A DNA stretch of 64,000 nt from an uncultured Gemmatimonadales bacterium. Lineage in GTDB: Bacteria > Gemmatimonadota > Gemmatimonadetes > Gemmatimonadales > GWC2-71-9. Below the pieces are notes generated by a model. The model did not search any database and was not told the origin of the DNA. It saw only the letters and a list, made by a program, of their open reading frames with translations. The translations under genes were made by a program, and so were the position numbers. Shown here piece by piece: positions 1 to 9,315 of the stretch. Where the stretch lies: assembly GCA_963795085.1 (NCBI GenBank), contig CAWCFX010000001.1, forward strand, positions 352,001-416,000. Reading direction: 5' to 3'. Numbering within the stretch: the stretch's first letter is position 1; the number at the start of each line of letters is the position of its first letter.

Positions 1-836
1 TGCTGGTGATCGCCTTCGGGATCAAGTACGTCAACACCGCCAACTGGATGCCGTTCATTCCCGAGAATACCGGCGAGTTCGGCCGCTTCGGGTGGAGCGG
101 GATTCTCCGCGGGGCCGGCGTGATCTTCTTTGCCTATATCGGATTCGACGCCGTCTCTACGGCCGCCCAGGAAGCCAAGAACCCGCAGCGCGACCTCCCC
201 ATCGGGATCCTGGGATCGCTGGCCGTCTGCACCATCCTGTACATCGCGATGGCGCTGGTCATGACCGGCATCGCCCACTACACCGAGCTGAACGTTCCCC
301 ACCCGGTGTACGTGGCCATCGAGCGGGCCGGGCCGGCCCTCCGGTGGCTGGGCTTCCTGGTCAACATCGGCGCCATCGCCGGCCTCGCCTCCGTGGTGCT
401 GGTCATGCTCATGGGCCAGCCCCGGATATTCTATTCGATGGCGCGCGACGGCCTGCTTCCCCCGGTCTTCGGCAAGGTCCACCCGCGGTTCCGAACCCCG
501 TGGATCGCGACCATCATTACCGGCGGTGTGGCGGCCCTGGTGGCGGGCCTGTTCCCCATCGGCCTCCTGGGTGAGTTGGTCTCGATTGGTACCCTGCTGG
601 CCTTCGTCATCGTCTGCGGCGGGATCTGGGTGCTTCGAATCAAGCGCCCTGAACTGCCCCGTCCCTTCCGGACCCCGCTGGTGCCGCTGGTCCCCATCCT
701 CGGCATTCTGATCTGCGGGTACATGATGTCTGGCCTCCCCAAGGACACCTGGCTCCGCCTGCTCATCTGGATGGCGCTGGGCATGATGATCTATTTCTTC
801 TACGGCATCCGGAACTCCAAGCTGGCCAAGCCGTAA
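1..836 (+). CDS. Amino acid permease (APC superfamily), 5' end outside window
   Basis: Multi-TM protein with GVIFFAYIGFDAVSTAAQEAKNPQRDLP and QPRIFYSMARDGLLP, typical of cationic amino acid transporter-like APC permeases; frame open at window start. Confidence 0.93.
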   Translation, partial: LVIAFGIKYVNTANWMPFIPENTGEFGRFGWSGILRGAGVIFFAYIGFDAVSTAAQEAKNPQRDLPIGILGSLAVCTILYIAMALVMTGIAHYTELNVPHPVYVAIERAGPALRWLGFLVNIGAIAGLASVVLVMLMGQPRIFYSMARDGLLPPVFGKVHPRFRTPWIATIITGGVAALVAGLFPIGLLGELVSIGTLLAFVIVCGGIWVLRIKRPELPRPFRTPLVPLVPILGILICGYMMSGLPKDTWLRLLIWMALGMMIYFFYGIRNSKLAKP

Positions 837-855
837 CCGGCCGTGTCCGGGCAGG

Positions 856-882
856 AAGGGGCGCCGAAAGGTGCCCCTTTTT
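856..882 (+). terminator. Rho-independent terminator
   Basis: AAGGGGCGCC-GAAA-GGTGCCCCTT stem with GNRA loop followed by a T run, 20 nt after the permease stop. Confidence 0.8.
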
Positions 883-927
883 GCTGCCCGCGCTGCCGCC
901 CGCCCGGCGGACGATTACTTTTGGGCC

Positions 928-1962
928 ATGACGATGCACCTTTCCCCGGCCCGGCTGACGGCCGCGCGTTCCTTTGCCGCCGCCTTCAAGCCCGGGATGC
1001 GGGTCTGCCTCACCACTCACGTCAACCCCGACGGCGACGGACTCGGCAGCGAAGCCGGACTGACCCACCTGCTCCAGGCCCTCGGTGTCCACGTCAGCAT
1101 TGCCAATCCCACCCCGACGCCGCCCCGATACGGATTTCTTTTCCGCGCCCTCCCCGGGGTGGACCGGAGCGATGAAGCGGTCCGGGAAATCCGGCGGGCC
1201 GACTGCATCGTGGTGCTCGATATCGGTGATATCGGGCGGCTCGGCATGCTGGCCGGTGCCGTCACGGAACGGGGTGTCCCGGTGGCCTGTATCGACCATC
1301 ACGTGAGCGGGGGAACCTTGCCCGACGGTCCGCGTTACCTGGACGCTCACGCCGCGGCCACCGCTGCGCTGGTGTACGAGCTGGCCCTGGGCAACGAATG
1401 GGCGGTGACGATGGAAGCGGCCCGGAGCCTCTACGTAGGGATCCTCACCGATACCGGGGCCTTCCGATTCAGCAACACCGACGCCCGCACGCTGCGCACT
1501 GCCGCCGCGCTGCTGGAAACGGGAATCGACCCCGAGAGCGTCTACCTCGATGTCTACGCCAACGCCCCGGAAGGACGGGCCCGGCTTCTCGCCGAAGCGC
1601 TGCAGACCCTGGTGGTGGAGCCGGAAGACGGGCTGGCCTGGGTTACGGTGCCTCCCGGCGCGCTGGCCCGCCACGGGGTAACGCCGGACGATCTGGACGG
1701 CGTGGTGGAGTATCCTCGCAGCATCGCGGGGATCCGGATGGCGCTGCTGTTCCGCGAGATCGCGAGCGGCCGGATCAAGGTCTCCCTGCGCTCCGTCGGC
1801 GACGTGGACGTCGCGGACTTTGCCCGGCCCTTCGGTGGGGGCGGACACCGGAAGGCCGCCGGTGTCTCGGTCGAGGGAACCATGGCCCAGGCCCAGGAGA
1901 CGATCCTCACCGCGGCGCGTAACTATCTGCGTAAATCCCGCGTTGATTTGCCCCGCGCATAG
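928..1962 (+). CDS. nrnA: DHH/DHHA1 phosphoesterase (NrnA-like oligoribonuclease/PAP phosphatase)
   Basis: Motifs HVNPDGDGLGS, IDHH, LYVGILTDTGAF, GGGGHRKAAG; ATG 928 preferred over the ORF-track start, which lies inside the terminator. Confidence 0.9.
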   Translation: MTMHLSPARLTAARSFAAAFKPGMRVCLTTHVNPDGDGLGSEAGLTHLLQALGVHVSIANPTPTPPRYGFLFRALPGVDRSDEAVREIRRADCIVVLDIGDIGRLGMLAGAVTERGVPVACIDHHVSGGTLPDGPRYLDAHAAATAALVYELALGNEWAVTMEAARSLYVGILTDTGAFRFSNTDARTLRTAAALLETGIDPESVYLDVYANAPEGRARLLAEALQTLVVEPEDGLAWVTVPPGALARHGVTPDDLDGVVEYPRSIAGIRMALLFREIASGRIKVSLRSVGDVDVADFARPFGGGGHRKAAGVSVEGTMAQAQETILTAARNYLRKSRVDLPRA

Positions 1963-1977
1963 GTTACTTTGCCCCCC

Positions 1978-2208
1978 ATGGACATCCTGCAGCGCATCGA
2001 GGAGACGCTCGACACCCTGAGGCCCTATATCGCCTCCCACCGGGGCAACGTGGAAATCGTCGACTTCGATGAAGGCGATGGCACCCTCCTGCTCCGCATG
2101 GGCGGCACCTGCCATGGGTGTTCCGCCTCCACGGTGACCCTGCGGCAGGGTATCGAGACGCGCCTGCGGCAGATGGTCCCGGAAGTAAAACAGGTCCAGG
2201 CGGTCTGA
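1978..2208 (+). CDS. NifU/Nfu C-terminal domain Fe-S carrier
   Basis: LRPYIASHRGNVE...MGGTCHGC..S.VTLRQGIE Nfu-domain CxxC signature. Confidence 0.88.
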   Translation: MDILQRIEETLDTLRPYIASHRGNVEIVDFDEGDGTLLLRMGGTCHGCSASTVTLRQGIETRLRQMVPEVKQVQAV

Positions 2209-3332
2209 TGTCGCTCTCCGCCCGTGTCACCGCCGCTCTTTCCCGCATCACCAATCCCCGGCTGGAGAACGACCTGCTCTCCGCTGGCATGGTCCGCGAC
2301 CTGACCGCCGACGAGGCCACCGGCCAGGTGGCGTTCGTCTTCCTGCTGGGCCGGGACGACCCCGCGACCCTGGTCCGCGAGGCCCGGGCCGCGGTGCGGG
2401 CGGTGGAAGGCGTGACCGAGGTCAAGATCGCGGTCACCGATCCCGCGGGGACGCAGGGCGCCACGCACGGCCCCCCGGCGCAGCCCGCACCGGGCCAGAC
2501 CCACGGGGCCGCTGGCGCGGTGCCACCACCGCCCGTGCCGATCGAGCTTCCCGAGCTGGGCCACATCCTGGCCATTTCATCGGGCAAAGGCGGCGTGGGC
2601 AAATCAACCGTGGCGGTCAATCTCGCGGTGGCGCTGGCCCGGGCCGGCCACCGGGTCGGCGTGATGGACGCGGACGTGTACGGGCCCAACGTGCCCCGAA
2701 TGTTCGGCGTCTTCGACAAGCCGCCGGTATTGCAGGGCAAGATCCAGCCGCTGACCGCTCATGGCGTGAAGCTCATGTCGCTCGGGTTTCTGGTGGAACG
2801 GGACGCGCCGGCCATCTGGCGGGGCCCGATCATCATGAAAATCGTCCACCAGTTCCTCAAGGACGTCGAGTGGGGGCAGCTGGATTACTTCATCGTGGAC
2901 CTGCCCCCCGGCACCGGGGATGCCCAGTTGTCGCTGGTCCAGGCCTGCCACGTGGCCGGCGCTATCATCGTGACGACGCCACAGGAGGTGGCGATCGGCG
3001 ATGCGCTTCGCGGCGCCAAGATGTTCGAACGGGTCAACGTACCCGTGATCGGCATCGTGGAGAACATGAGCGGGTTCGTATGCCCCGACTGCGGGTCTCG
3101 CCACGAACTGTTCAGTACCGGCGGCGGTGAGCGGCTGTCCGACGAGATCCACGCGCCGCTGCTGGGCAAGATTCCGCTGCAGGCCCGGCTGGCGGACCAG
3201 GCCGATGCCGGCCAGCCGGTGGTGGTCGCGCAGCCGGAGTCGCCGGCCGCGCAGGCCCTCGCCGCCATCGCGGAGGGCCTCCCGGCCCGGTTGGGCGGCC
3301 GCCGGGTGTCCTTGCCCATCCTCCGCGGCTAG
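2208..3332 (+). CDS. mrp: Mrp/ApbC/NBP35 Fe-S cluster carrier ATPase
   Basis: GKGGVGKST, DADVYGP, WRGP, DLPPGTGD, ENMS..CPDC; ATG overlaps the nifU TGA (TGATG). Confidence 0.93.
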   Translation: MSLSARVTAALSRITNPRLENDLLSAGMVRDLTADEATGQVAFVFLLGRDDPATLVREARAAVRAVEGVTEVKIAVTDPAGTQGATHGPPAQPAPGQTHGAAGAVPPPPVPIELPELGHILAISSGKGGVGKSTVAVNLAVALARAGHRVGVMDADVYGPNVPRMFGVFDKPPVLQGKIQPLTAHGVKLMSLGFLVERDAPAIWRGPIIMKIVHQFLKDVEWGQLDYFIVDLPPGTGDAQLSLVQACHVAGAIIVTTPQEVAIGDALRGAKMFERVNVPVIGIVENMSGFVCPDCGSRHELFSTGGGERLSDEIHAPLLGKIPLQARLADQADAGQPVVVAQPESPAAQALAAIAEGLPARLGGRRVSLPILRG

Positions 3333-3368
3333 CCTCTCGCGACCGCCGGGACACCGGCCATTCCTTTC

Positions 3369-4127
3369 ATGCGGCTCATCACCTTTCTCTCCGATTTCGG
3401 GACATCCGATTCGTACGTCGGGGAGGTCAAGGGCGTACTGGCCAGCCTGGCGCCGGGCGCGGCGGTTACCGATATCACCCACGACATCAGTCCGGGAAAC
3501 ATCCGCGCCGCCGCCCACATCCTGGCCCGCACCTGGCACCGTTTCCCGGGCGGAACGGTGCACCTGGTGGTCGTCGACCCCGGAGTAGGCGGAGACCGGG
3601 CGCCGCTGGCGGTGGAAAGCGGCGGACACTTCTTTGTCGGTCCCGACAACGGGGTGCTGACCGCCGTCTTCATCAACGCCGCGCCCCGGGTGACCCGGAT
3701 CCCGGTTCCCGACGGGGCCGCCGCGACCTTCCATGGCCGCGACCTCTTTGCGCCCGCCGCCGCTCGGCTCGCCCTGGGACATCGCCTCGACCAGGTCGGG
3801 GAACCCGCGGAGCAGCCGCCGGTGCAGCTGGTACACCCGGTGCCCTGGTACCAGGGCAAGTCGGTCATCGGCGAGGTGCTGTACGTGGACCGGTTCGGGA
3901 ACCTGGTGACCAACCTGACCGAGGACCTCGTCCCGGCGTACGCGATCCTGGAAGTGGAGGACTTCGAGATCGGCCCGGTCCGCCGCACCTTCGGCGATGT
4001 CCCCACCGGTGAGTTGCTGGCGTATATCGGATCCGGAAACACCGTGGAAATCGCGGTGCGCGACGGGTCCGCCACCCGCCGCCTGGGCATCGGTGTCGGC
4101 GGCCGCATCCGGGTCCGCCTGGGCTGA
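3369..4127 (+). CDS. SAM hydroxide adenosyltransferase / chlorinase-fluorinase family (DUF62)
   Basis: ITFLSDFG, HLVVVDPGVG, GPDNG, TFHGRDLFAP, DRFGNLVTN motifs. Confidence 0.9.
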   Translation: MRLITFLSDFGTSDSYVGEVKGVLASLAPGAAVTDITHDISPGNIRAAAHILARTWHRFPGGTVHLVVVDPGVGGDRAPLAVESGGHFFVGPDNGVLTAVFINAAPRVTRIPVPDGAAATFHGRDLFAPAAARLALGHRLDQVGEPAEQPPVQLVHPVPWYQGKSVIGEVLYVDRFGNLVTNLTEDLVPAYAILEVEDFEIGPVRRTFGDVPTGELLAYIGSGNTVEIAVRDGSATRRLGIGVGGRIRVRLG

Positions 4128-4213
4128 GGGTCCCCCTGGCCTTTCGGCTCTTGACGAATCCGGTCCCGGGTGTAGAACTAAGCCCGCCCCCCATTCCCTG
4201 ACCGGAGCTGCCC

Positions 4214-4768
4214 ATGGTCCCGCTGCTCGATCTCTGGATACCGGTGCTGGTCTCCGGCCTGGTCGTCTTTTTCGCCAGTTCGGTGATTCACATGGCCCTC
4301 AAATACCATAAGAGCGACCTGGCCGGGGTGCCCCAGGAGGAGGCGGTCCGGGCCGCGCTCAAGGGAACGGCCCGGGGCCAGTATATGGTGCCCTATTGCT
4401 CGGACATGAAGGACATGCGCTCCGAGGCCATGCAGCGGAAGATGTCCGAGGGACCGGTGGCCCTCATCACCATCCTGCCCACTGGGCAGATCAACATGGG
4501 CCCGCTGCTGACCCGGTGGATGGTCTATTGCCTCGTCATTTCACTGTTCGCCGGATACATCGCATCCGCGAGCCAGCCGGCCGGCGCGGAGTACCTGAAG
4601 ATCTTCCAGGTGGTGGGCACCACGGCCTGGATGGGGTATGCGGGCGCGGCCATCTCCCAGGGCATCTGGCAGAGCCGGCCCTGGTCCACGGTCTTCAAGG
4701 ATGTCTTTGACGGGTTGGTCTATGGCCTGTTGACGGCGGGCGTCTTCGGCTGGCTCTGGCCCCGGTAG
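4214..4768 (+). CDS. Conserved hypothetical membrane protein (about 4 TM)
   Basis: GGAG SD upstream; hydrophobic segments; sigma70-like TTGACG-N16-TAGAAC at 4151-4178. Confidence 0.75.
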   Translation: MVPLLDLWIPVLVSGLVVFFASSVIHMALKYHKSDLAGVPQEEAVRAALKGTARGQYMVPYCSDMKDMRSEAMQRKMSEGPVALITILPTGQINMGPLLTRWMVYCLVISLFAGYIASASQPAGAEYLKIFQVVGTTAWMGYAGAAISQGIWQSRPWSTVFKDVFDGLVYGLLTAGVFGWLWPR

Positions 4769-4778
4769 GTCCCGCCTT

Positions 4779-5558
4779 TCAGTGGTCTACCCGCTCGTAT
4801 CCCTCGGGCACCGCGAAGAGCCGGGGGTCGAGCGGGCGGGGGCTGAGCGCGATGATCTCCTGGACCTGGTAGTCGTCGAGCCTGGTTCCGTCCATGTCCA
4901 CCAACTGGACCAGGATGGGCACCCCCAGTTGCACCAGGCCCAGCAGGCGGTCTTCCGCCGTGGCGGTCGGCATGGGGATGGACCGGGCCAGATCCTCCAG
5001 CACCCGGGTCAGGGCGGGGTAGTCGTGGGTCAGCCAGGCCCGCACGACATTGTCTCCAGCCACTGCTTCATAGGCGGTGGCCTCGATGCCATTGATCTTC
5101 CGGCTCAGGTTGAGGGGCCGCACCATGTATCCTCCCACCTGCAGCATCGGGAAGAGGGGGCGGGTCAATTCGGGGATCGAGATCTCGCGGTAGGTCTCCT
5201 GTTCCGGGTTGACCATCCGGATGGTGCCGTCGTCGAGATTGATCAGTGTGTAGTTCGATTCGTCGCCCTCGTCCGCTTCCAGCCGCATCAGGCGTCCCTT
5301 GATCAGGTAGGTCCGGAGCGAACTCGCCGCGGCGGGTGAGCCGTCCTTCGCCTTGAGCTGGATCAACCGGTCGCTGGGGAGGTCCAGCAGGGCGGGTATC
5401 TGAATGGTGCGGATGGCCTCGGCCCGGTCGACGTCCACGTCAATCAGGCGGATGCGGACGATGCCCTCGAACTCCTGGGCACGGACGCCGGCTGGCGACC
5501 ATGCCGCCAGACCGAGGGCGAGGCCCAGAATCCGAATTCCTGCCGTTAGGTGTGTCAC
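4779..5558 (-). CDS. Secreted hypothetical protein (DUF4412-like)
   Basis: Signal peptide ending VRA-QEFEG; C-terminal LFAVPEGY resembles the F.VP.GY end of DUF4412-type proteins. Confidence 0.6.
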   Translation of the reverse strand: MTHLTAGIRILGLALGLAAWSPAGVRAQEFEGIVRIRLIDVDVDRAEAIRTIQIPALLDLPSDRLIQLKAKDGSPAAASSLRTYLIKGRLMRLEADEGDESNYTLINLDDGTIRMVNPEQETYREISIPELTRPLFPMLQVGGYMVRPLNLSRKINGIEATAYEAVAGDNVVRAWLTHDYPALTRVLEDLARSIPMPTATAEDRLLGLVQLGVPILVQLVDMDGTRLDDYQVQEIIALSPRPLDPRLFAVPEGYERVDH

Positions 5559-5597
5559 CCGGGAAACTTCTGGCCGTGGCCGCGGCGGGTCAACCCT

Positions 5598-6443
5598 TCA
5601 GTTGACCCACTCCACGCTGATATTGCCGACGGTGGTCTTGAGGTCGATGCGGATGGTGCGGGCGCCCGCCGCGGCGGGGGCCGAGATCCAGCTATCACCG
5701 CGCCGGGTAAACCCCGCCGGGTTGAAGCTCGCCAGGAAGCGGTCCACCCGAAGTTCGACCCCCAGCCCGCGAGGGACCCGGAGGGTCAGCCCTCCGACGG
5801 CCACTTCGGCCACCAGCCTCGCATCGGCCGGCCAATCGCCGGTCAGGTCCACCATGACCTCGCCGACCCCGCCTGCCACCCGGACCTCGCGGCACCCGCT
5901 GTTTCCCAGGCCGATGATCTCCACTGCGGCGGCCCCCGCGTCCACCTCCAGGCTGCTGCAGACGGCCAGGTTGGGCCGGGAGAATCGGAGGCTGGTTCGG
6001 CTGGCCGTGGTGCGGATGCGGGCATCGGTCAGGCGCAGGCCGCCCAGGTCCAGGCCGGCTTCTACCGCGCCGAAGGTGGCGTCGAGCGATAGGCTGACGT
6101 CCGGGGACAATTCGATCGTGGCGCTCTGCTGGAGATGCCGTTTTGAACTGACCCGGAGCCCTCCGTTGCCCACGTTGCGCACGCCCAGCAGCAGCCCCTT
6201 CCCGGCGGCATCGTACTGGCTGAGGGGTGCGAACCGGTCGGCATCGTACTGCAGTTCCATGCGATAGAGCTGGGACCCGTGGGCTGGCCGCAGGGTGACG
6301 GACCCGGCGGCAAACTCCACCCGGGCGGCCAGCTCGGTCGCCGCGTGCCGCTGCCGGGTGACCGTCGTGCTGCGCATGGTCTGGGCGGCCAGCGGCGTGC
6401 TGATCAGCAGGAGGCCCAGCGCGACAGGCCCGATGGAGGACAC
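5598..6443 (-). CDS. Secreted beta-solenoid protein (toast-rack / LiaF-C / DUF4097-like)
   Basis: Signal peptide (LAA-QT); repeated xGxGxxxxDL units (FGAVEAGLDL, AGAAAVEI, GGVGEVMVDL, VAVGGLTLRVP). Confidence 0.65.
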   Translation of the reverse strand: MSSIGPVALGLLLISTPLAAQTMRSTTVTRQRHAATELAARVEFAAGSVTLRPAHGSQLYRMELQYDADRFAPLSQYDAAGKGLLLGVRNVGNGGLRVSSKRHLQQSATIELSPDVSLSLDATFGAVEAGLDLGGLRLTDARIRTTASRTSLRFSRPNLAVCSSLEVDAGAAAVEIIGLGNSGCREVRVAGGVGEVMVDLTGDWPADARLVAEVAVGGLTLRVPRGLGVELRVDRFLASFNPAGFTRRGDSWISAPAAAGARTIRIDLKTTVGNISVEWVN

Positions 6444-6447
6444 CGGG

Positions 6448-8025
6448 TCAGAGGTCCCGGTTGAGGCTGCGGGGCCGCTTGGCGGCCGGTACGCCGAACT
6501 GCGGCGTCGCCCAGAGGTATTCGTCGGTGAGCGCTTCGGGCGGGAGGATCCGGCCGGTAAACGCCTCCCGCACTCCCGCGCGGCTCAGCAGGGTGGCGCC
6601 GAGTCCCACCGTGACCAGCAGCCAGGTGACGAGAATGGCGGCAAGCTTGATGATCATCCCGGCCACGGGCACCCACCCGAAGACCACCCAGCCTCCCCAG
6701 AATCCCATCATCAACGCCAGTCCGACCATGATGTACCGGTAACTGTTGGGAGAGGCGGCCGACATGCCGAGAGCCAGCCGCCGCCGGGTGTAGCTCTCGC
6801 CGATCGCGTGGGCGGCCGCGAGGTAGCCGCCGACCACCCCCAGCAGCAGGAGCAGGCCATAGGCGAGGACGGCGAAGGGAATGAGGAGCACGCCGACCAC
6901 GCTCAGCAGAAGGCCCACTACCAGCATCCCGAAGGTGGGGAGCAAGAGCATCTGGGCCAGCAGCCCGACCACGAAGGACCGGCCGAAGGTGTGGCCGACC
7001 GTGTCGGCGACCACCTCGAGATTGTTGCGGCCGAAGAGGACGAGTCCAAAGCCCAGCGCCAGCAGCGTGAAGAAGACCCCCATCACGCCGGCGGCGTTTC
7101 TCAGGACCAGTTGGACCCCTCCCAGGGGCGGTGGCAGCGGAATGGTATTGGCGGCCGGGGCTGGCGCCAGAGTACGGATCTCGCCGCGGATATCGCCCCC
7201 GGCGTCCTGGACTTCGCCGCCCAGGGCCAGCACGTCTCCGGTGACCACCGCGCCGGGGTGGACCACGATGTCGCCATCTACGGTGGCGAGGTTTCCGTTA
7301 AAGATTCCGTAAATGTTGGCGTTCCCGCGAAGCAGCAGGAGGTGGCCGTTCCGGGTCTCGCCCGAGCCGATCGTGAAGTCGCCAAACCGTGCCATACCGC
7401 CGGGAACCGTCAGCCGGAGTACGGCCGGGTCGGTCCCGGCGAACCGCCGCAGCGGGGGTTCCAGGGCAGCCGGGTTGGACAGATCATCGAGCGAAACGGA
7501 GTTGCCGCCGGAGGGGGACTGCTGCACGGCCTGGGACCTGGCGGCCGGGGCCGATGCTACCCGCAGGGTATGCAGCCGGCTCTGGACCCGGCTGGCCGCC
7601 GGGTTCTCCTCGGGCGCCAGGTCACGGGGTTCCCAGTCATGCGCCAGCTCGATCACGTCGGCGGTCGGCCGCCGGCCGGCCTCGAGCACCAGATCACGGA
7701 AGGAATGGTGAAGCCGGCCGCCCGGCCGGTAATGCCCGACCGGGCGATCGTTGATGAGCACGTCTCCCTCCGCCATTGCGATCTCCAGCGTCCGCTCGCC
7801 GGTAAGCCGGAAACTGAGGCCCATCCGCTCGGCGGCGACGCTGGTGAGGTGATGAGTCACCGCCAGCGGACGGTTCCCCGGCTTCAGCAGGCCGCGAAGG
7901 TACTCCAGGGATACGTCAATGGGACTGCCGGGGTCCTCGCAGGCGGGGGAAGGGACCGGGGCGAGGAACAGCAGTCCGAGGGTCAACCCAACCGGAGCTT
8001 GTAGGTGTCGAAGGAGATCAGGCAT
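6448..8025 (-). CDS. Membrane protein with bactofilin-like (polymer-forming) beta-helix and C-terminal multi-TM region
   Basis: GNANIYG..NGNLATVDGDIVVHPGAVVTGDVLALGGEV..AGGDIRGEI repeats followed by about 6 TM helices. Confidence 0.7.
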   Translation of the reverse strand: MPDLLRHLQAPVGLTLGLLFLAPVPSPACEDPGSPIDVSLEYLRGLLKPGNRPLAVTHHLTSVAAERMGLSFRLTGERTLEIAMAEGDVLINDRPVGHYRPGGRLHHSFRDLVLEAGRRPTADVIELAHDWEPRDLAPEENPAASRVQSRLHTLRVASAPAARSQAVQQSPSGGNSVSLDDLSNPAALEPPLRRFAGTDPAVLRLTVPGGMARFGDFTIGSGETRNGHLLLLRGNANIYGIFNGNLATVDGDIVVHPGAVVTGDVLALGGEVQDAGGDIRGEIRTLAPAPAANTIPLPPPLGGVQLVLRNAAGVMGVFFTLLALGFGLVLFGRNNLEVVADTVGHTFGRSFVVGLLAQMLLLPTFGMLVVGLLLSVVGVLLIPFAVLAYGLLLLLGVVGGYLAAAHAIGESYTRRRLALGMSAASPNSYRYIMVGLALMMGFWGGWVVFGWVPVAGMIIKLAAILVTWLLVTVGLGATLLSRAGVREAFTGRILPPEALTDEYLWATPQFGVPAAKRPRSLNRDL

Positions 8026-8620
8026 TGGCGCGTACCAGACCAGACGTGGGAGCCATGAGCAGCCGCCGCAGGGTCAGCACGCCGGTAAGATACGCGAGGG
8101 TGAGTGACCCGGATACCACGGCCAGCCGTTCCGGAGAGCCCACCAGGGATTTAAGAGAGTCGTACCAGGGTTGCTCCAGCAGGTTGGCCGCGAGGCCGCG
8201 CACCCCGACCCAGAGGGCCTGGCCCCCCTGGCTTGTCAGCCATTGTCCCGCTGCGGTCATGGTGTCCTGGTTGGACAGGCTCCAGGCGATACTGGCGCCC
8301 ATGGAACCCAGCACCGCCACCGCCACGCTCGCCGCCAGTGCCAGGGAGCGACGGGAGGCAAAGACGCGGCGCCGGGTGCGGGTCCACAGGGGAACCGGGG
8401 CTGCGGCCGGCTTGAGCGCCACCATGACCCGCTCGGCAAACCCGGAGGCCGGGGCAAAGAGCGGCAAGGCGGCAAGCCGGGCGGCCAGCTGTTGTTCGGC
8501 CCGGGCGAAGTCGCGGCACTCATCACACATCTCGATGTGCCGGAGCTTGATGACATCGAGGTGCCCATCGAGGAGCGCGTCGAGGTCGTTTACGGTGAGA
8601 TGCAGCGAGTCACGAGTCAT
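8018..8620 (-). CDS. Zinc-binding (ZAS) membrane anti-sigma factor
   Basis: N-terminal HL...HIEMCDEC (HxxxCxxC), two TM segments, immediately downstream of ECF sigma. Confidence 0.85.
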   Translation of the reverse strand: MTRDSLHLTVNDLDALLDGHLDVIKLRHIEMCDECRDFARAEQQLAARLAALPLFAPASGFAERVMVALKPAAAPVPLWTRTRRRVFASRRSLALAASVAVAVLGSMGASIAWSLSNQDTMTAAGQWLTSQGGQALWVGVRGLAANLLEQPWYDSLKSLVGSPERLAVVSGSLTLAYLTGVLTLRRLLMAPTSGLVRANA

Positions 8621-8631
8621 AACGGTTCCTC

Positions 8632-8659
8632 TTACGACGGGGGCAGAGGGGAGGTTTCA
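8632..8659 (-). promoter_or_regulatory. ECF-type promoter between sigma and anti-sigma genes
   Basis: Minus strand TGAAAC-N17-CGTAA, resembling the SigW-like TGAAAC...CGTA consensus; the -35 overlaps the sigma stop codon. Confidence 0.6.
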
Positions 8660-9262
8660 TTCGCGAAGGTCCGAGAGCGCCTGGCGTAACTCGTTGCGGG
8701 CGCGGTGGATATACGTCTTGACCGTACCCAGGGGAAGTTCCAGCATTTCGGCGATTTCTTCATACGGACGGCCCTCGACATGACGGAGCAGGATGCAGGA
8801 CCGGTATTCGGGCCGGAGCTGCCCGATCGCCACCTCGATGGCGCCCCCCAGTTCCCGCGCCTCCAGTTCCTCCAGCGGGGTCTCCGCCCGGTCGCCGATC
8901 TGCAGCGCCGTGGCTTCGACCGCGTCCGCGGTCTCGGCGTTCGGGGATCCGTCGAGAGACAGGGTGTTGAGTTCGCGCCGCCGGAGCTGATCGATGGAGG
9001 CGTTGTTGGCGATCTTGAAGATCCAGGAGGAGAACTTGAACTCGGGGCGGTAGGACTCGATGGCGTTGAGCGCCTTGACGAAGGTTTCCTGGGCGAGATC
9101 CTCGGCCAGCTCGCGGTCGCGGACCATGCGGTAGATAAGACTGAACACGGGGCGCTCGTACCGCCGGACCAGCTCGCGGTACGCCGCCTCCCGTCCTTCC
9201 CGCGCCAGCAGCACGACTTCCTGGTCCGTGGCGGAGGCCAGGTCGGTCCGCTGATCAGCCAC
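8657..9262 (-). CDS. ECF RNA polymerase sigma factor (SigW/RpoE-like)
   Basis: AEDLAQETFVKA, FKFSSWIFKIANN, YEEIAEMLELPLGTVKTYIHRAR (regions 2 and 4). Confidence 0.95.
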   Translation of the reverse strand: MADQRTDLASATDQEVVLLAREGREAAYRELVRRYERPVFSLIYRMVRDRELAEDLAQETFVKALNAIESYRPEFKFSSWIFKIANNASIDQLRRRELNTLSLDGSPNAETADAVEATALQIGDRAETPLEELEARELGGAIEVAIGQLRPEYRSCILLRHVEGRPYEEIAEMLELPLGTVKTYIHRARNELRQALSDLRE

Positions 9263-9315
9263 GCGGCGGATTCCAGCTTGCGGAGGGGGTCAACTCCCGG
9301 CTACATTCGCCGCCG

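Noticed and set aside
3369..4127. Fluorinase/chlorinase of a halometabolite cluster
   Set aside because: Housekeeping context with no biosynthetic genes; the widespread DUF62 SAM hydrolase is the simpler call
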